DNA from: a virus
Virus record (IMG/VR): IMGVR_UViG_3300028569_000031
Span: 14,025 to 78,024 of that record
Reading direction: 5' to 3' (one strand)
Length of the DNA: 64,000 nucleotides
The translations under genes and the position numbers were made by a program. The notes under the pieces are model-generated. The model worked only from the letters and a program-made list of their open reading frames with translations. It was not told the DNA's origin and searched no databases. Shown here one piece after another: positions 1-9,990 of this stretch. Each line of letters opens with the position of its first letter. The first letter of the stretch is position 1.

Positions 1-34
1 TTTCTATGGTGATTATAAAGATCCACGCGGCTCT

Positions 35-487
35 ATGAGTGCGCAGGATCAAAATGTAATGGATAATTGGATTATTCCAAAATACAATCAAAGCGATTAC
101 GAACAGGAACCTATAAATTGGAATAAATTTGAAGTAGCTGAACCTAGAAAACGTTTTGCCGGAGAAGTGTGGGATGTACTAAATAAAGAACAAAACAGAA
201 ATCGCTATAGTGGTCAGTTAAATGAACCAAGAGGGGCTTATGGTGGTCAACCTTCTACAGGCGGTTCTGGACAAATCTTAGATAACCTTGGTGTTGTTTA
301 TCCACAAACATATAGCCCTATTGTTATACCAGGACAACAGGGCAGTTCAGGAGGAGCTGGCGTTGGTGGTGATATTGGAGCTCTAGCTGGTATGGGTATA
401 GGTGCCTTGATAGGCGGTCCAGCTGGTGCAGCATTTGGAAGCCAGATTGGTCAAAAAGCCGGTAACGTTGCAGGCAGCTTCTTTTAA
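35..487 (+). CDS. putative internal virion/ejection protein
   Basis: Gly-rich C-terminal glycine-zipper-like segment (GALAGMGIGALIGGPAGAAFGSQIG); upstream of terminase cluster. Confidence 0.5.
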   Translation: MSAQDQNVMDNWIIPKYNQSDYEQEPINWNKFEVAEPRKRFAGEVWDVLNKEQNRNRYSGQLNEPRGAYGGQPSTGGSGQILDNLGVVYPQTYSPIVIPGQQGSSGGAGVGGDIGALAGMGIGALIGGPAGAAFGSQIGQKAGNVAGSFF

Positions 488-548
488 TAATATTCTTAAT
501 AATTTAAAAATTACCTAATTTAAAATAGTAATCAAAAGGATTTAGATT

Positions 549-1313
549 ATGTTGCCACTAATACTAGGTAGTGCCGGACTCGGTGCTCTTGTCGGCGGTG
601 TTCAGGGTTATCAAAGAAGTGGCGGTGATCTGGGACGCACACTCACAAGCGCAGCCACTGGAGGCCTACTAGGAGGTGCTACGGGTGGTTTAGGTGGGCT
701 TGCTGGTGGCGCAGTTACTCGTTTTGCAGGACAGAAGCTAGCAATGCCTCTTGTTCCTGGGGGTATTGGACAATCTTTAGTCAACAAAGGAGTCTCCCCT
801 GATCTTCTAGCGCAAGCACCTGGATTCTTAGGTGGTGCAGCTAACATTGGAACACAATTTGCTGCTGGTAGTTTACTTGCACCACTTGCCGGTTCAATCG
901 GACAATTAGGAACACAAGCAGCTGGCGCTGCTACTGCAGGTGTACGCGGAATGCAGCCAGTTCCTGGAATGCCTAATGTTTCAGCGTTACCGCAAGGGAT
1001 ACAAGATCAAAATCGACCAATGAATTTATATGATGTTTATTACGGACCTGGATTGACTGCCAGAACTGCCGAGGAACTAGCCCAAGATGTTCAAATGAAA
1101 GGTTTACAAAAACAATTTAATACAATGTATCCGCAGTTAAGTCAGGCCAAGAAAGATGAAATGCAACGTCAATTAGCTGCAGCACAGATTCGCCAAAATA
1201 TCACTACTGCCGCTAACATGATAGAACGCGGTCAACAAACTGCGCAATCTATAGGAATTAACGCTGCAAATACACTTGGTAATGCATTAGCTTCTCAATA
1301 TCAATATCAGTAA
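549..1313 (+). CDS. putative DNA ejection/pilot protein
   Basis: hydrophobic Gly-zipper N-half and Q/A-rich helical C-half. Confidence 0.55.
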   Translation: MLPLILGSAGLGALVGGVQGYQRSGGDLGRTLTSAATGGLLGGATGGLGGLAGGAVTRFAGQKLAMPLVPGGIGQSLVNKGVSPDLLAQAPGFLGGAANIGTQFAAGSLLAPLAGSIGQLGTQAAGAATAGVRGMQPVPGMPNVSALPQGIQDQNRPMNLYDVYYGPGLTARTAEELAQDVQMKGLQKQFNTMYPQLSQAKKDEMQRQLAAAQIRQNITTAANMIERGQQTAQSIGINAANTLGNALASQYQYQ

Positions 1314-1315
1314 TC

Positions 1316-1945
1316 ATGGCTAATACACCATTTGATTTTGTAAATTCACCTACAAGATTTGCCTCTTTAGGATTGAATTTTAAAACAGGAAGGCGGGATG
1401 ATCCAGCTCAGTCATATTATGCGGATACTAAATCTGCCGAGGCGCTACCCGGATTCTCAACTGATAAAACAGATTATCAATCTCTTTTGTCAGAGTTTGT
1501 CCCAGCAGGTTATCAGGCTCCAACGTTTGGTGCGGCAGTAGACCAACAAATCAACCCAACATTTGGTGCAGTACCTGACTTATCTCCAGCCCAGATGGCA
1601 GCTATTCAATATCAACAAATTATGGGTCCTTACAATAGGGCCGAAAGAAACGAGGCAGCGGATTTTCAACGTCGTTTAACGCAACAACAATTAGCAGAAA
1701 CTTATCCTTTTTTAAGTGCTGCTGCTAATGAAGCAACACAACGTGCTTTAGGTGCTAGTAAAGAATGGGCTGCTTATAAGCAAGGCTTGCCTACTACAGC
1801 ACAGGATATTATGACAGCTAAACAAAATCAACTTACCAGTGCAGCACAAGCTAAATATCTTGAGGATTTAGGAATAGCGTCATTGAATACATCAGCAAAA
1901 CAACAAGCAAAACTTGGCTATACTGGAAAGAGCTTTTCAAGTTAA
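1316..1945 (+). CDS. putative internal virion protein
   Basis: Q/A-rich helical protein tightly coupled to the previous gene. Confidence 0.5.
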   Translation: MANTPFDFVNSPTRFASLGLNFKTGRRDDPAQSYYADTKSAEALPGFSTDKTDYQSLLSEFVPAGYQAPTFGAAVDQQINPTFGAVPDLSPAQMAAIQYQQIMGPYNRAERNEAADFQRRLTQQQLAETYPFLSAAANEATQRALGASKEWAAYKQGLPTTAQDIMTAKQNQLTSAAQAKYLEDLGIASLNTSAKQQAKLGYTGKSFSS

Positions 1946-1990
1946 TTGAACAGCTTTTTATTAAATTAGTTCTTTAATAAAAATTTAATT

Positions 1991-2836
1991 ATGGGATCCT
2001 CAAAACCACCATCGCCAACAGTTATTTACTCACCGCCGCCTCCTCCTCCAACAACAACTGACGTACCTTCTCAGTCTTATGAGACTCAGGTACGTTTAGA
2101 TGAGATTGCTAATGCACAAGCACGTTCAAATGCAGAATTTGGTGCAGAAATAGATCGCAGTCAAAACGAATTCTTTACTAATCAAGACATTAGAAGAGAA
2201 CAGGCTTCTGCTGGTGAACAGCGGATGACAATAGGAAAACAAGGTGAGGAGGAACGCGCAACAGTTGGCGCAAAAGGTGAACAAGAACGCAAGGGTATTG
2301 AAACCTCAGGGGCTCAACAACGTCTAGGTATCGAAACATCAGGTACTCAACAACGTTTAGGGATCCAAGAGACAGGTAAAGAAGAACGTTCAACACAGAG
2401 GGAACGTTATGCAGGCGAACAGGTTTTAATAGGTGCTAGAGGTGTAGAAGAACGTAGGGGTATCGAAACATCAGGCGCTCAACAACGTTTGGGTATTGTC
2501 GAATCAGGTTCCCAACAACGTCTAGGAATTCAAGAGACAGGTAAAGAAGAACGTTCAACACAGAAAGAACGTTATGCTGGCGAAGAATCTTTAACTAAAG
2601 TTAGAGGAACGGAAGAGCGTTCTGGAATTAGAGAAACCGGTAGCGAAACACGTTCTACTGTTCAAACCAGTGGCACAGAACAACGTTTAGGAATTAGAAC
2701 CGCAGGAGAAGAAGAAAGAGAAACTATTGGTAAATCAGCAACCGAACAACGGGCTTCTGATTTACAGAAAGAAATGTACAGACGTTATGCAGAAAATAGA
2801 GATTATGAACAAGCTCAAAATCAGTATCGAACATGA
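1991..2836 (+). CDS. 11-aa repeat virion protein (ejection or ruler-like)
   Basis: N-terminal MGSSKP..PPPPPP followed by many 11-aa repeats such as GIETSGAQQRL. Confidence 0.6.
   Translation: MGSSKPPSPTVIYSPPPPPPTTTDVPSQSYETQVRLDEIANAQARSNAEFGAEIDRSQNEFFTNQDIRREQASAGEQRMTIGKQGEEERATVGAKGEQERKGIETSGAQQRLGIETSGTQQRLGIQETGKEERSTQRERYAGEQVLIGARGVEERRGIETSGAQQRLGIVESGSQQRLGIQETGKEERSTQKERYAGEESLTKVRGTEERSGIRETGSETRSTVQTSGTEQRLGIRTAGEEERETIGKSATEQRASDLQKEMYRRYAENRDYEQAQNQYRT
2294..2623 (+). repeat. two 165-bp (55-aa) super-repeats built from 33-bp units
   Basis: GIETSGAQQRL..GIQETGKEERSTQxERYAGE begins at 2294 and again at 2459. Confidence 0.85.
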
Positions 2837-3318
2837 TTACTTGGATTGAAGAGTTAACGGAGAAGGAAAGAGAATCTTTCCATGCGTTCTGCAAGAAAAC
2901 GCTATCACCAATACAAATGTATCTTTATGCAAGGTTTTTAGGTTTTACTGGAAGCATAGTTGAGTGTGATGAATGGGCGCAAAAAATACATTCAAAGAAA
3001 AATTTTAACGCAATATTAGAAGAAGAAATTGATTTAATGCAGTTAGACATTTCAAAGTTACGTGATGCAATTGATCTTGGAATGGTTAAACAAGATATGG
3101 GGACAGCTCGGATTGCTATGTTGCAAAAAGAATTACGCGGCTCAATAAAACAACTAAATGATGAAAAAGTTTTAACAGATAAACAAGGATTGATTCTTGC
3201 AGGTGCAGACCGTGCCTTACGGGAGATGCTATCAATCTTTCGTGACGACCCTATTGAAGGACCACTTCAAGAAGCGTCTATGGGCGTATGGACAAAAATA
3301 TTGGCAGAAGAGTCTTAA
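2833..3318 (+). CDS. putative terminase small subunit
   Basis: helical 161-aa protein directly upstream of TerL (positional call). Confidence 0.5.
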   Translation: MITWIEELTEKERESFHAFCKKTLSPIQMYLYARFLGFTGSIVECDEWAQKIHSKKNFNAILEEEIDLMQLDISKLRDAIDLGMVKQDMGTARIAMLQKELRGSIKQLNDEKVLTDKQGLILAGADRALREMLSIFRDDPIEGPLQEASMGVWTKILAEES

Positions 3319-3342
3319 GGTTTAGTGCCTTAGTCTAATGGC

Positions 3343-4866
3343 ATGGCAGGTACATCCCTTTACTCCGTTTACCGAAGGACCGCACGTGCTGCAGCAAAAC
3401 AACAGATAGTAAAAAAGAGTTCCAATATTGATATTGACCTGGCAAGAAAAGATTTTGCTTATTTTTGCACGGCAGTCGGTGAAAAACCACCGGCAACACA
3501 CCACCTTCTTTGGCACCAGCACTTATGTACTGGAAATAGTTCGGAATGTTTAATCGATATAGCTGGCCCAAATGTAGATATACTAGGTCCCAGAGGTAGT
3601 GCAAAAAGTACAATTTTAGGTTTATTTACAGCGTGGACAATAGGTGTACATGCTTTAAACAAAAAACCGTTAAAAATTCTTTATATTTCTTACACTGTTG
3701 ATGTAGCCAGACCAAAGAGTGCTGCCATTAAAAGAATCATAGAAGAAAGTAAAACATATAAAGAAGTGTTCCCAATGGTAAAAATTGCTAAGGGAATCAA
3801 TAGTAATGAATACTGGAGTATTGATTGGAAGTTTGCTGGCATTAGATCTACCGGTGAAGAAGAATTTACTCTTTGCTGCGCTGGGTTAAAAGGTGCTGTA
3901 ACCTCAAAACGTAGCCATTTATGTATAATAGATGACCCGATTAAGAGCTCTGACGACATTAAGAACAGAGATATCCGAGTAGCAATGGAAGATAACTGGA
4001 ACTCAGTTATTACTCCTACAATGTTTGAAGGTGGACGTGCAATTTGTCTTGGTACTAGATTTCGACATGATGATGTTCACGCCAGTACTTTTACCCCAGG
4101 TAATGATTGGGTTCAAATTGTTCAGTCTGCAATAACGGTAGATGATCAAGGAGAAGAAGTTTCCTATTGGCCAGAAATGTGGTCTCTTGAGTACCTACAA
4201 GACCGTCGTCGTCAGGCTCCTATAAGTTTCAGTTTTCAATATCAAAATCAAATTGTACAAACAAGTGAGCTATCAGTATCTCCAGATTTAATTGTTAAAG
4301 GTCAAATTGCTACTCAGTTTGATGCTTTAGGTATTGGTGTTGATTTATCTGCTGGGGTAAAGGAACGAAATGACTATACTGTTTTTGTTATGGGCGGAAG
4401 GGTTGGCGACAAGATTCATATTATTGATTGCAAACGAATCAGGATTATGGGTAACCTAGAAAAATTAGAAGCGTTAATGGAAATGATGTATGAGTGGGGA
4501 GTTGTTCACAAAGACGGAAAAGATTACCATCCTACTGGTAACACTATTGATGTATGGTCTGAAGCTGTAGCCTATCAAGCATCTTTAGAAGCTGATTTTA
4601 GAAGAATATGTCAAGGTGATCACGGACTGTATAACGTTAATTGGCATCCTGTTAAAGGATTTCGCGGAGACAAAGTAGCGCGTTTCAGGGGAATTATGGG
4701 TTTATTTGAACAACGTAAGCTAATCTTTAACAGGTACCGTAAATTTATGGCTTTAACCGATGAGATCGTAAATTTCGGTGTCAGTTCTCACGATGATTGT
4801 GTTGATGCTTTAATTTGGCTTTGTAATGGTTTAATGACCAGAGGAAAACTAGAGCTAGAGTATTGA
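3343..4866 (+). CDS. terL: terminase large subunit
   Basis: Walker A GPRGSAKST, Walker B LCIIDDP, GTRF coupling motif, nuclease motifs GVDLS and HDDCVDA. Confidence 0.93.
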   Translation: MAGTSLYSVYRRTARAAAKQQIVKKSSNIDIDLARKDFAYFCTAVGEKPPATHHLLWHQHLCTGNSSECLIDIAGPNVDILGPRGSAKSTILGLFTAWTIGVHALNKKPLKILYISYTVDVARPKSAAIKRIIEESKTYKEVFPMVKIAKGINSNEYWSIDWKFAGIRSTGEEEFTLCCAGLKGAVTSKRSHLCIIDDPIKSSDDIKNRDIRVAMEDNWNSVITPTMFEGGRAICLGTRFRHDDVHASTFTPGNDWVQIVQSAITVDDQGEEVSYWPEMWSLEYLQDRRRQAPISFSFQYQNQIVQTSELSVSPDLIVKGQIATQFDALGIGVDLSAGVKERNDYTVFVMGGRVGDKIHIIDCKRIRIMGNLEKLEALMEMMYEWGVVHKDGKDYHPTGNTIDVWSEAVAYQASLEADFRRICQGDHGLYNVNWHPVKGFRGDKVARFRGIMGLFEQRKLIFNRYRKFMALTDEIVNFGVSSHDDCVDALIWLCNGLMTRGKLELEY

Positions 4867-4896
4867 CGCAACTTAAACTTATACAAACACTCAAAA

Positions 4897-5079
4897 ATGT
4901 CTACCGGCTATTACGTCATCGAGCTTGAACAGGATGCTTACGGCTCCGCCCTGCTCCCACTTCCCGACGAACTTTGTCACGACATGTCCCTCACCCCTGG
5001 GGAACAATTTGATGTCGAGGTAGAGGACGATGTGATTACATTCAAAAGATTGCACGCTGGTTACGAAATTGAGGCATAA
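4897..5079 (+). CDS. AbrB/MazE-family DNA-binding protein
   Basis: LPLPDELCHDMSLTPGEQFDVEVEDDVITF fits the swapped-hairpin pattern. Confidence 0.7.
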   Translation: MSTGYYVIELEQDAYGSALLPLPDELCHDMSLTPGEQFDVEVEDDVITFKRLHAGYEIEA

Positions 5080-5103
5080 TAGAGAAACAGGTATTTTTCA
5101 AAA

Positions 5104-7368
5104 ATGAGCGATAGCAAGTCAGCGTTAGATTCTATCCTCAAATCCGTTGTTAATCGAGACGGAGGTGGCTCTGCGGACACCATGTTGGTGAATGCTCACC
5201 TTGCCCAGATGAAAATGTTTGGGATTCGTCAAGGCGTGGAATTTTATCCTGACCAGGATAATTTTGGTACACAGCGATTTGATTTTGTTCAACAAGTAAT
5301 TCGTTTTAATAAACTTGATGCAAGGTTGGATTCCATTTGGGATCGGTTCCTTTCATTTGGAAAAGGCTTATTCTATATAAGGCCTACTAAAAAAACTTAT
5401 CGTTTATATTGGTTTGATAAAGATGCTTACCGTTCATACTACAGCGCCGATGGTGAACTAGAAGAAGTAGTAATTATCTACCCTTATAAAGTAAAGTCGA
5501 ATCGTGGTTTTTCCGGGGTAGGTTTATCAACAGATAAACGTTACATGAGATTAAGAATTACAGCAACTGAAATTGAAGAGTATCATAGCGAACAAGAATT
5601 AAATTTTGAGTCAACATTAGAGTTTGCAACGTTAGGAAAAAAGACAGTTGTAAACACAATGCAATTTATCCCTTGCGTTGAGGTTTTTAATAATCCAGAT
5701 GCTTTTGGTACTGAGGGTAGTGGGGAATTTGAGTGGTTGAGTAATCAAATTATTGCTCACGATGAGATGGTAAAAAATATCAGAGCTAATCTTTCTTTCT
5801 TTGGAAATCCAACTTTACTGTCTTCTCGCCCCAAACAAGACATTATTGAACAAAAAGATGGAGATGTTTCTCAAAGGCCAAGTATTGCAAGCCAATCTGG
5901 TTTCCAATCTGATTTTCCGCTTTCGAGTTCTACTTATCGCCAAGACAATGTAACCAGGCAAAATCCTGGATACATTGGAAAACCTGGCACTGGTATGCGG
6001 GTACCGCGTGTTATTGCAAACCTTGAGCCAACAGATCGTGTTGGTTTTATTACCCCTAATGCAATAAGCACTGACCAAGCAAGATACGCAGAACAGTTGA
6101 GATCTGAGATACGCCTAGCTCTTGGCGGTATTGACGACTTAAGTATTACAAACGTAACTGCTACTGAAATTAAATCAGCTTATGGTCGTGTAAGTGCGAC
6201 AGCTAAGAAAAAATGTTTACAAATTTATACGTATGGAATTTGTAGATGTTTTGAATTAATGATTTTTCAAGAGGAGCAAATATTCAGAAAAACACTTGCT
6301 TTTAGTTCTGGCTTAAAATATCCTGATCCACCTGAAGATTTAGAAGATCCGAAACTTGAAGCAAAGTATGAGAAAGCAAAAGATAAGTATGAACAGGGTT
6401 TACAAGCTGCAATTGATAATGCAATACAAACAAAAACAATACCGCCAGGGGTCTTAGGTCTTGCTCCAGATGGGGATAGAACTGTTTGTTGGCGATGGAT
6501 GGGTCCTGTTTATGAAGACACCGCTCAAGATAAACTTAACCAATCTATCTTTACACGTAACCTACAGGAATTAGGTGTTGATAGCATTGAAGCACTGAAG
6601 TATTTGTTCCCTTCAAAAACGGACGACGAAATCGCAGGCATGCTCTCCGGTTTCCCGTTCCGCATGGTGGGTGAAGTACAGAGGGCGATGTCTACTTTCA
6701 TTGACCTGGTTAACCAGCAAATGAGGACCCCGCATCCGCAGCAGCCGGATATACCGATGGCTGCGGACCCACGTCTTGATCTTACACCGTTCCTTTACCG
6801 AACTCTCGAAAGCCTACAAAAAGAGGTAACCTATGCAGGCCGATACCGCAATGCCGACCCAATCGGCACCCCAAGTATCTCAGACCCAACCGATCAGCTA
6901 CGCGGCTCCAGTTTCTCAAACAGCAGCCTACGCGCCAACGGTTTCAACAACGTCCCAATGGGTGGCGCCTTACCAGCAGGTAACGGCCCCAGCACCGCAA
7001 ATGCAGGCCCAGATGGGCGTCCCCCAGACGCAATACAGCCCTACAGCGTCGTACCCCCAAGCTTACCAGGCGTCCCCACAATCGCCCCAGTCGGAGAATC
7101 CTTACAAGGAGGCATTCAACCGGGTAGTAGGACTCCTGAGTTCGCCGGTCCAATTCCCGTTCCAGGGTCAACAGTCTCAAACGAGCCCTCAGTACGCCCC
7201 GGCCAACTACAGTTCCCAAGCGGCTCCCCAGTACAGCAACGCGGGGACGCAGACCTATACGCCTGGGATCAACAGCAACCAGGGTTACTCCAACGGTTAT
7301 TCCCAAACTTCTCAGGAACTGACCAGGGAGCAGCTCCAAGCAAACGGAGTAAGCGAAGCAAGTCTTAG
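5104..7368 (+). CDS. portal protein with long Pro/Gly-rich C-terminal extension
   Basis: large gene after terL; portal-like IPCVEVFNNPDAFGTEGSGEF segment; last 178 codons overlap the next gene. Confidence 0.75.
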   Translation: MSDSKSALDSILKSVVNRDGGGSADTMLVNAHLAQMKMFGIRQGVEFYPDQDNFGTQRFDFVQQVIRFNKLDARLDSIWDRFLSFGKGLFYIRPTKKTYRLYWFDKDAYRSYYSADGELEEVVIIYPYKVKSNRGFSGVGLSTDKRYMRLRITATEIEEYHSEQELNFESTLEFATLGKKTVVNTMQFIPCVEVFNNPDAFGTEGSGEFEWLSNQIIAHDEMVKNIRANLSFFGNPTLLSSRPKQDIIEQKDGDVSQRPSIASQSGFQSDFPLSSSTYRQDNVTRQNPGYIGKPGTGMRVPRVIANLEPTDRVGFITPNAISTDQARYAEQLRSEIRLALGGIDDLSITNVTATEIKSAYGRVSATAKKKCLQIYTYGICRCFELMIFQEEQIFRKTLAFSSGLKYPDPPEDLEDPKLEAKYEKAKDKYEQGLQAAIDNAIQTKTIPPGVLGLAPDGDRTVCWRWMGPVYEDTAQDKLNQSIFTRNLQELGVDSIEALKYLFPSKTDDEIAGMLSGFPFRMVGEVQRAMSTFIDLVNQQMRTPHPQQPDIPMAADPRLDLTPFLYRTLESLQKEVTYAGRYRNADPIGTPSISDPTDQLRGSSFSNSSLRANGFNNVPMGGALPAGNGPSTANAGPDGRPPDAIQPYSVVPPSLPGVPTIAPVGESLQGGIQPGSRTPEFAGPIPVPGSTVSNEPSVRPGQLQFPSGSPVQQRGDADLYAWDQQQPGLLQRLFPNFSGTDQGAAPSKRSKRSKS

Positions 7369-7840
7369 TGTAATTGATCATTTTGGTGCTGATTGTCCAG
7401 CAATTCTTAATGATTATTCTTGCAAAATTGAAGACGCTCTTATTGTTACCAATAACCAGTTAATTCACGCAGTTAATCTACTGAAAGAATTATCCGCTGA
7501 GCATAAAGCTTACGAGACAATTCTTACAGATCCTGATGTACTTGCTGATTATACTTGCGAGTTCTTCGGTGAAAACGGTCCTTACCCTGTTCCCGATGAA
7601 TCAGTTTCTTACAGCAGGCCTGTAGGTCAACAGTTTGTTAATCCAACTGTTGCTCCTCAGTATCAGCGTCCTGACATGCCAGTTCCTCCTCAGCCTCAGC
7701 AAACACAAGGCAATCCAGCGGATTTCTGGAATAGTTTTGGTTCGTTGGCTGACCGTGATCCCGCTAATGCATGGCGCTATTTGAATGCAGCACAACAAAA
7801 TCCTGATGTATTCCGCCAGAAACTCCTGGTAATGGAATGA
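6833..7840 (+). CDS. putative capsid scaffolding protein
   Basis: own SD GAGGT 5 nt before ATG; Q/P/Y-rich N-half, helical core; lies between portal and capsid; followed by a terminator. Confidence 0.7.
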   Translation: MQADTAMPTQSAPQVSQTQPISYAAPVSQTAAYAPTVSTTSQWVAPYQQVTAPAPQMQAQMGVPQTQYSPTASYPQAYQASPQSPQSENPYKEAFNRVVGLLSSPVQFPFQGQQSQTSPQYAPANYSSQAAPQYSNAGTQTYTPGINSNQGYSNGYSQTSQELTREQLQANGVSEASLSVIDHFGADCPAILNDYSCKIEDALIVTNNQLIHAVNLLKELSAEHKAYETILTDPDVLADYTCEFFGENGPYPVPDESVSYSRPVGQQFVNPTVAPQYQRPDMPVPPQPQQTQGNPADFWNSFGSLADRDPANAWRYLNAAQQNPDVFRQKLLVME

Positions 7841-7871
7841 TCATTAGTTTGATCTATTAAGTTTAGAATAT

Positions 7872-7897
7872 GGGGTAGTAAATGCTACCCCTTTTTT
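7872..7897 (+). terminator. rho-independent terminator
   Basis: GGGGTAG..CTACCCC hairpin followed by T6. Confidence 0.85.
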
Positions 7898-7917
7898 ATT
7901 AAATATAGAGGCATAAA

Positions 7918-8418
7918 ATGTTTAATGTGCCACCGAACGTACAATCCGCTGTTACCAGTGCTGGAGAAGCAGTTAAAAGCGGCGTTCAAGCAACAGAAAA
8001 AGTAGGAAAACGTGCAGCTAATTTTATTGCTGCAATTGGAACAAGTGGTGGTCCTGTTGGATCCGCTGCGTTAATTGGATTTGGAGCTGGTGCGGTTACC
8101 GGTGCATTAACATCAGCTTACCAACGTGAGCAAGGATTACATCGAATGGCTGGGGAAGCAATTAAAATTGGCAGCCCTCACTCACAGAGTGCAGTAATGC
8201 CAACGGATCTACAAGCCGGATATTTAAATTTAAATACTTTTGGATCGCCCCTACCAACACATGGATTAATGGGTGCTCATAATTTACGTGCCTCACAAAT
8301 AATTCAAGATCAAGCAACTGCATCTGAGCAGCAATATATGTCAGCATATATGCCGCAAACAGGTCAACTTCCTTTTGGGGAACTAACCCAACAACCACAA
8401 CAAAAAGGTCGCCGCTAA
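7918..8418 (+). CDS. hypothetical virion-associated protein
   Basis: ORF with SD in head cluster; hydrophobic Gly segment and RMAGE motif. Confidence 0.55.
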   Translation: MFNVPPNVQSAVTSAGEAVKSGVQATEKVGKRAANFIAAIGTSGGPVGSAALIGFGAGAVTGALTSAYQREQGLHRMAGEAIKIGSPHSQSAVMPTDLQAGYLNLNTFGSPLPTHGLMGAHNLRASQIIQDQATASEQQYMSAYMPQTGQLPFGELTQQPQQKGRR

Positions 8419-8717
8419 TGGACCACAACAAAGCCAAGAAAGCTAAAACAAAAGCTAAGTCACACAACACACAGAAAAAATCTTCCCCAGAACAAGTTGC
8501 CCAGCAACAAGCCGCCACAGCGCAGATGATGGCAATGTCTCAGCAACAGGGCCAGGGTTTTATTAATCCGGAAGTGCAAGCACAGCAAATTTCTTTACAA
8601 CCGCCAACAACTAATCCTTATCACATGATGGGTGCAATGGCGCCTACATCTTACCGTTACGGAAACATGGTAGATGGTTACGCTGGAGTTGATCCGCAAT
8701 TTCGCCCAATGGGTTAA
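8418..8717 (+). CDS. hypothetical protein (basic N-terminus, Q/M-rich)
   Basis: start overlaps previous stop (TAATG). Confidence 0.55.
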   Translation: MDHNKAKKAKTKAKSHNTQKKSSPEQVAQQQAATAQMMAMSQQQGQGFINPEVQAQQISLQPPTTNPYHMMGAMAPTSYRYGNMVDGYAGVDPQFRPMG

Positions 8718-8828
8718 TAATCGGGGTAAGTAAGTCTTTGCTATAATTTTATTAATGGAGCAAATGTTCCAGATACTTTGAGGTAATTAACCTCAGGTTT
8801 CAGCTAATCCTTACGCTGAGTAACCACT

Positions 8829-9971
8829 ATGTTTATCGATAACGACTTTCCCAAGCTGTTGGGCGCGGAGCTGTACCGCCCCCACCCAGCGTATATCGTG
8901 GAGATGGCGGCTGAGCCCGTTGTGGTCCATGACTTCACAAAACAGCCAGGACAGACTGTGCAGCTGGACCGTTATCGTTTCTGGGGTAACCCTGGAACAA
9001 AGACCAGCCGCGAGCGTACCCAAGATCAAACTATCGGTACAGCTAGCAGCCGTGCAATCGTAAAAGACAAGGTTCTTGTTTCTTTGCGTGAGTACACTGG
9101 TCCTGCCGACCCTAACAATACAAACCTTCCCAGCACCTTCAAGATTGCTAGGGAAACCCTGATGACCGCTCAGCGTCTTCTTTTGGACTCCGGGAACCTT
9201 AATATGTTCCACCAGTCCATTGGTTCGTTGACACTTCTGGATGATTATCGTCGTTGGAGGGACCGCGTGTTCCTTGACGAGATGGCGAAATCAGAATCCC
9301 GTGGCGCATCTGGCGACTCACAGGGCGGTTACTACTACCCCAACGGTAAGGCCAAGTCTTCTTCTACCGTACTTAGCTCTTATAGTGCTACCGAGTACGC
9401 TTCTGAGCGTTACAAGTTTAACGTAAAGACCGACCTTCTAGAGGTTGTTCGTCAATTGCGTAAGCGTAACGTTCCTGTATTCCAAGACGGTTACTATCGT
9501 TGTATTGCTGACCCTTCTTTCATGAAGGATCTGCGTGCTGATCAAGGCTTCCGTGAAATCGCCCGTTACCCAGGTATGGGTCAAGGCAACCCTCTCATGG
9601 GTGCTGCTGGTCCTAACCAGGCAATTTATGGTGGTGGTCAATACGGCCAAGCAATGTTTGTTGCTGGTGAGCCCGTGATGCCTACCGGATTTGTATTTGA
9701 AGGAGTACGCTTCTTCGAGTCAACCAACTTTGCTGAAAAATCCATCACTTGTGATATTGGCGATGGTAGCGGTGCCATTACCCACACCACTCCTCCAGGC
9801 CTATTCTTTGGTCCTCAGGCAGTAGGCGTTGGTATCGGTGGCCCTAACGCCCAGGTTCTTATTAACAACAACGATGACTTTAGCCGTTTCATTATCTTGA
9901 TCTGGCAACTGTACGCTGGTTTTGCTAATTTGAACAAGGACTTTATCACCTCTGCTTTCACCATTATTTGA
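8829..9971 (+). CDS. major capsid protein
   Basis: 380 aa, HK97-like pattern (DFTKQPGQTVQLDRY, FEGVRFFES, LIWQLYAGF); C-ending codon bias; TATAAT upstream. Confidence 0.85.
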   Translation: MFIDNDFPKLLGAELYRPHPAYIVEMAAEPVVVHDFTKQPGQTVQLDRYRFWGNPGTKTSRERTQDQTIGTASSRAIVKDKVLVSLREYTGPADPNNTNLPSTFKIARETLMTAQRLLLDSGNLNMFHQSIGSLTLLDDYRRWRDRVFLDEMAKSESRGASGDSQGGYYYPNGKAKSSSTVLSSYSATEYASERYKFNVKTDLLEVVRQLRKRNVPVFQDGYYRCIADPSFMKDLRADQGFREIARYPGMGQGNPLMGAAGPNQAIYGGGQYGQAMFVAGEPVMPTGFVFEGVRFFESTNFAEKSITCDIGDGSGAITHTTPPGLFFGPQAVGVGIGGPNAQVLINNNDDFSRFIILIWQLYAGFANLNKDFITSAFTII

Positions 9972-9990
9972 GAATAAGAGGTACTAACAA

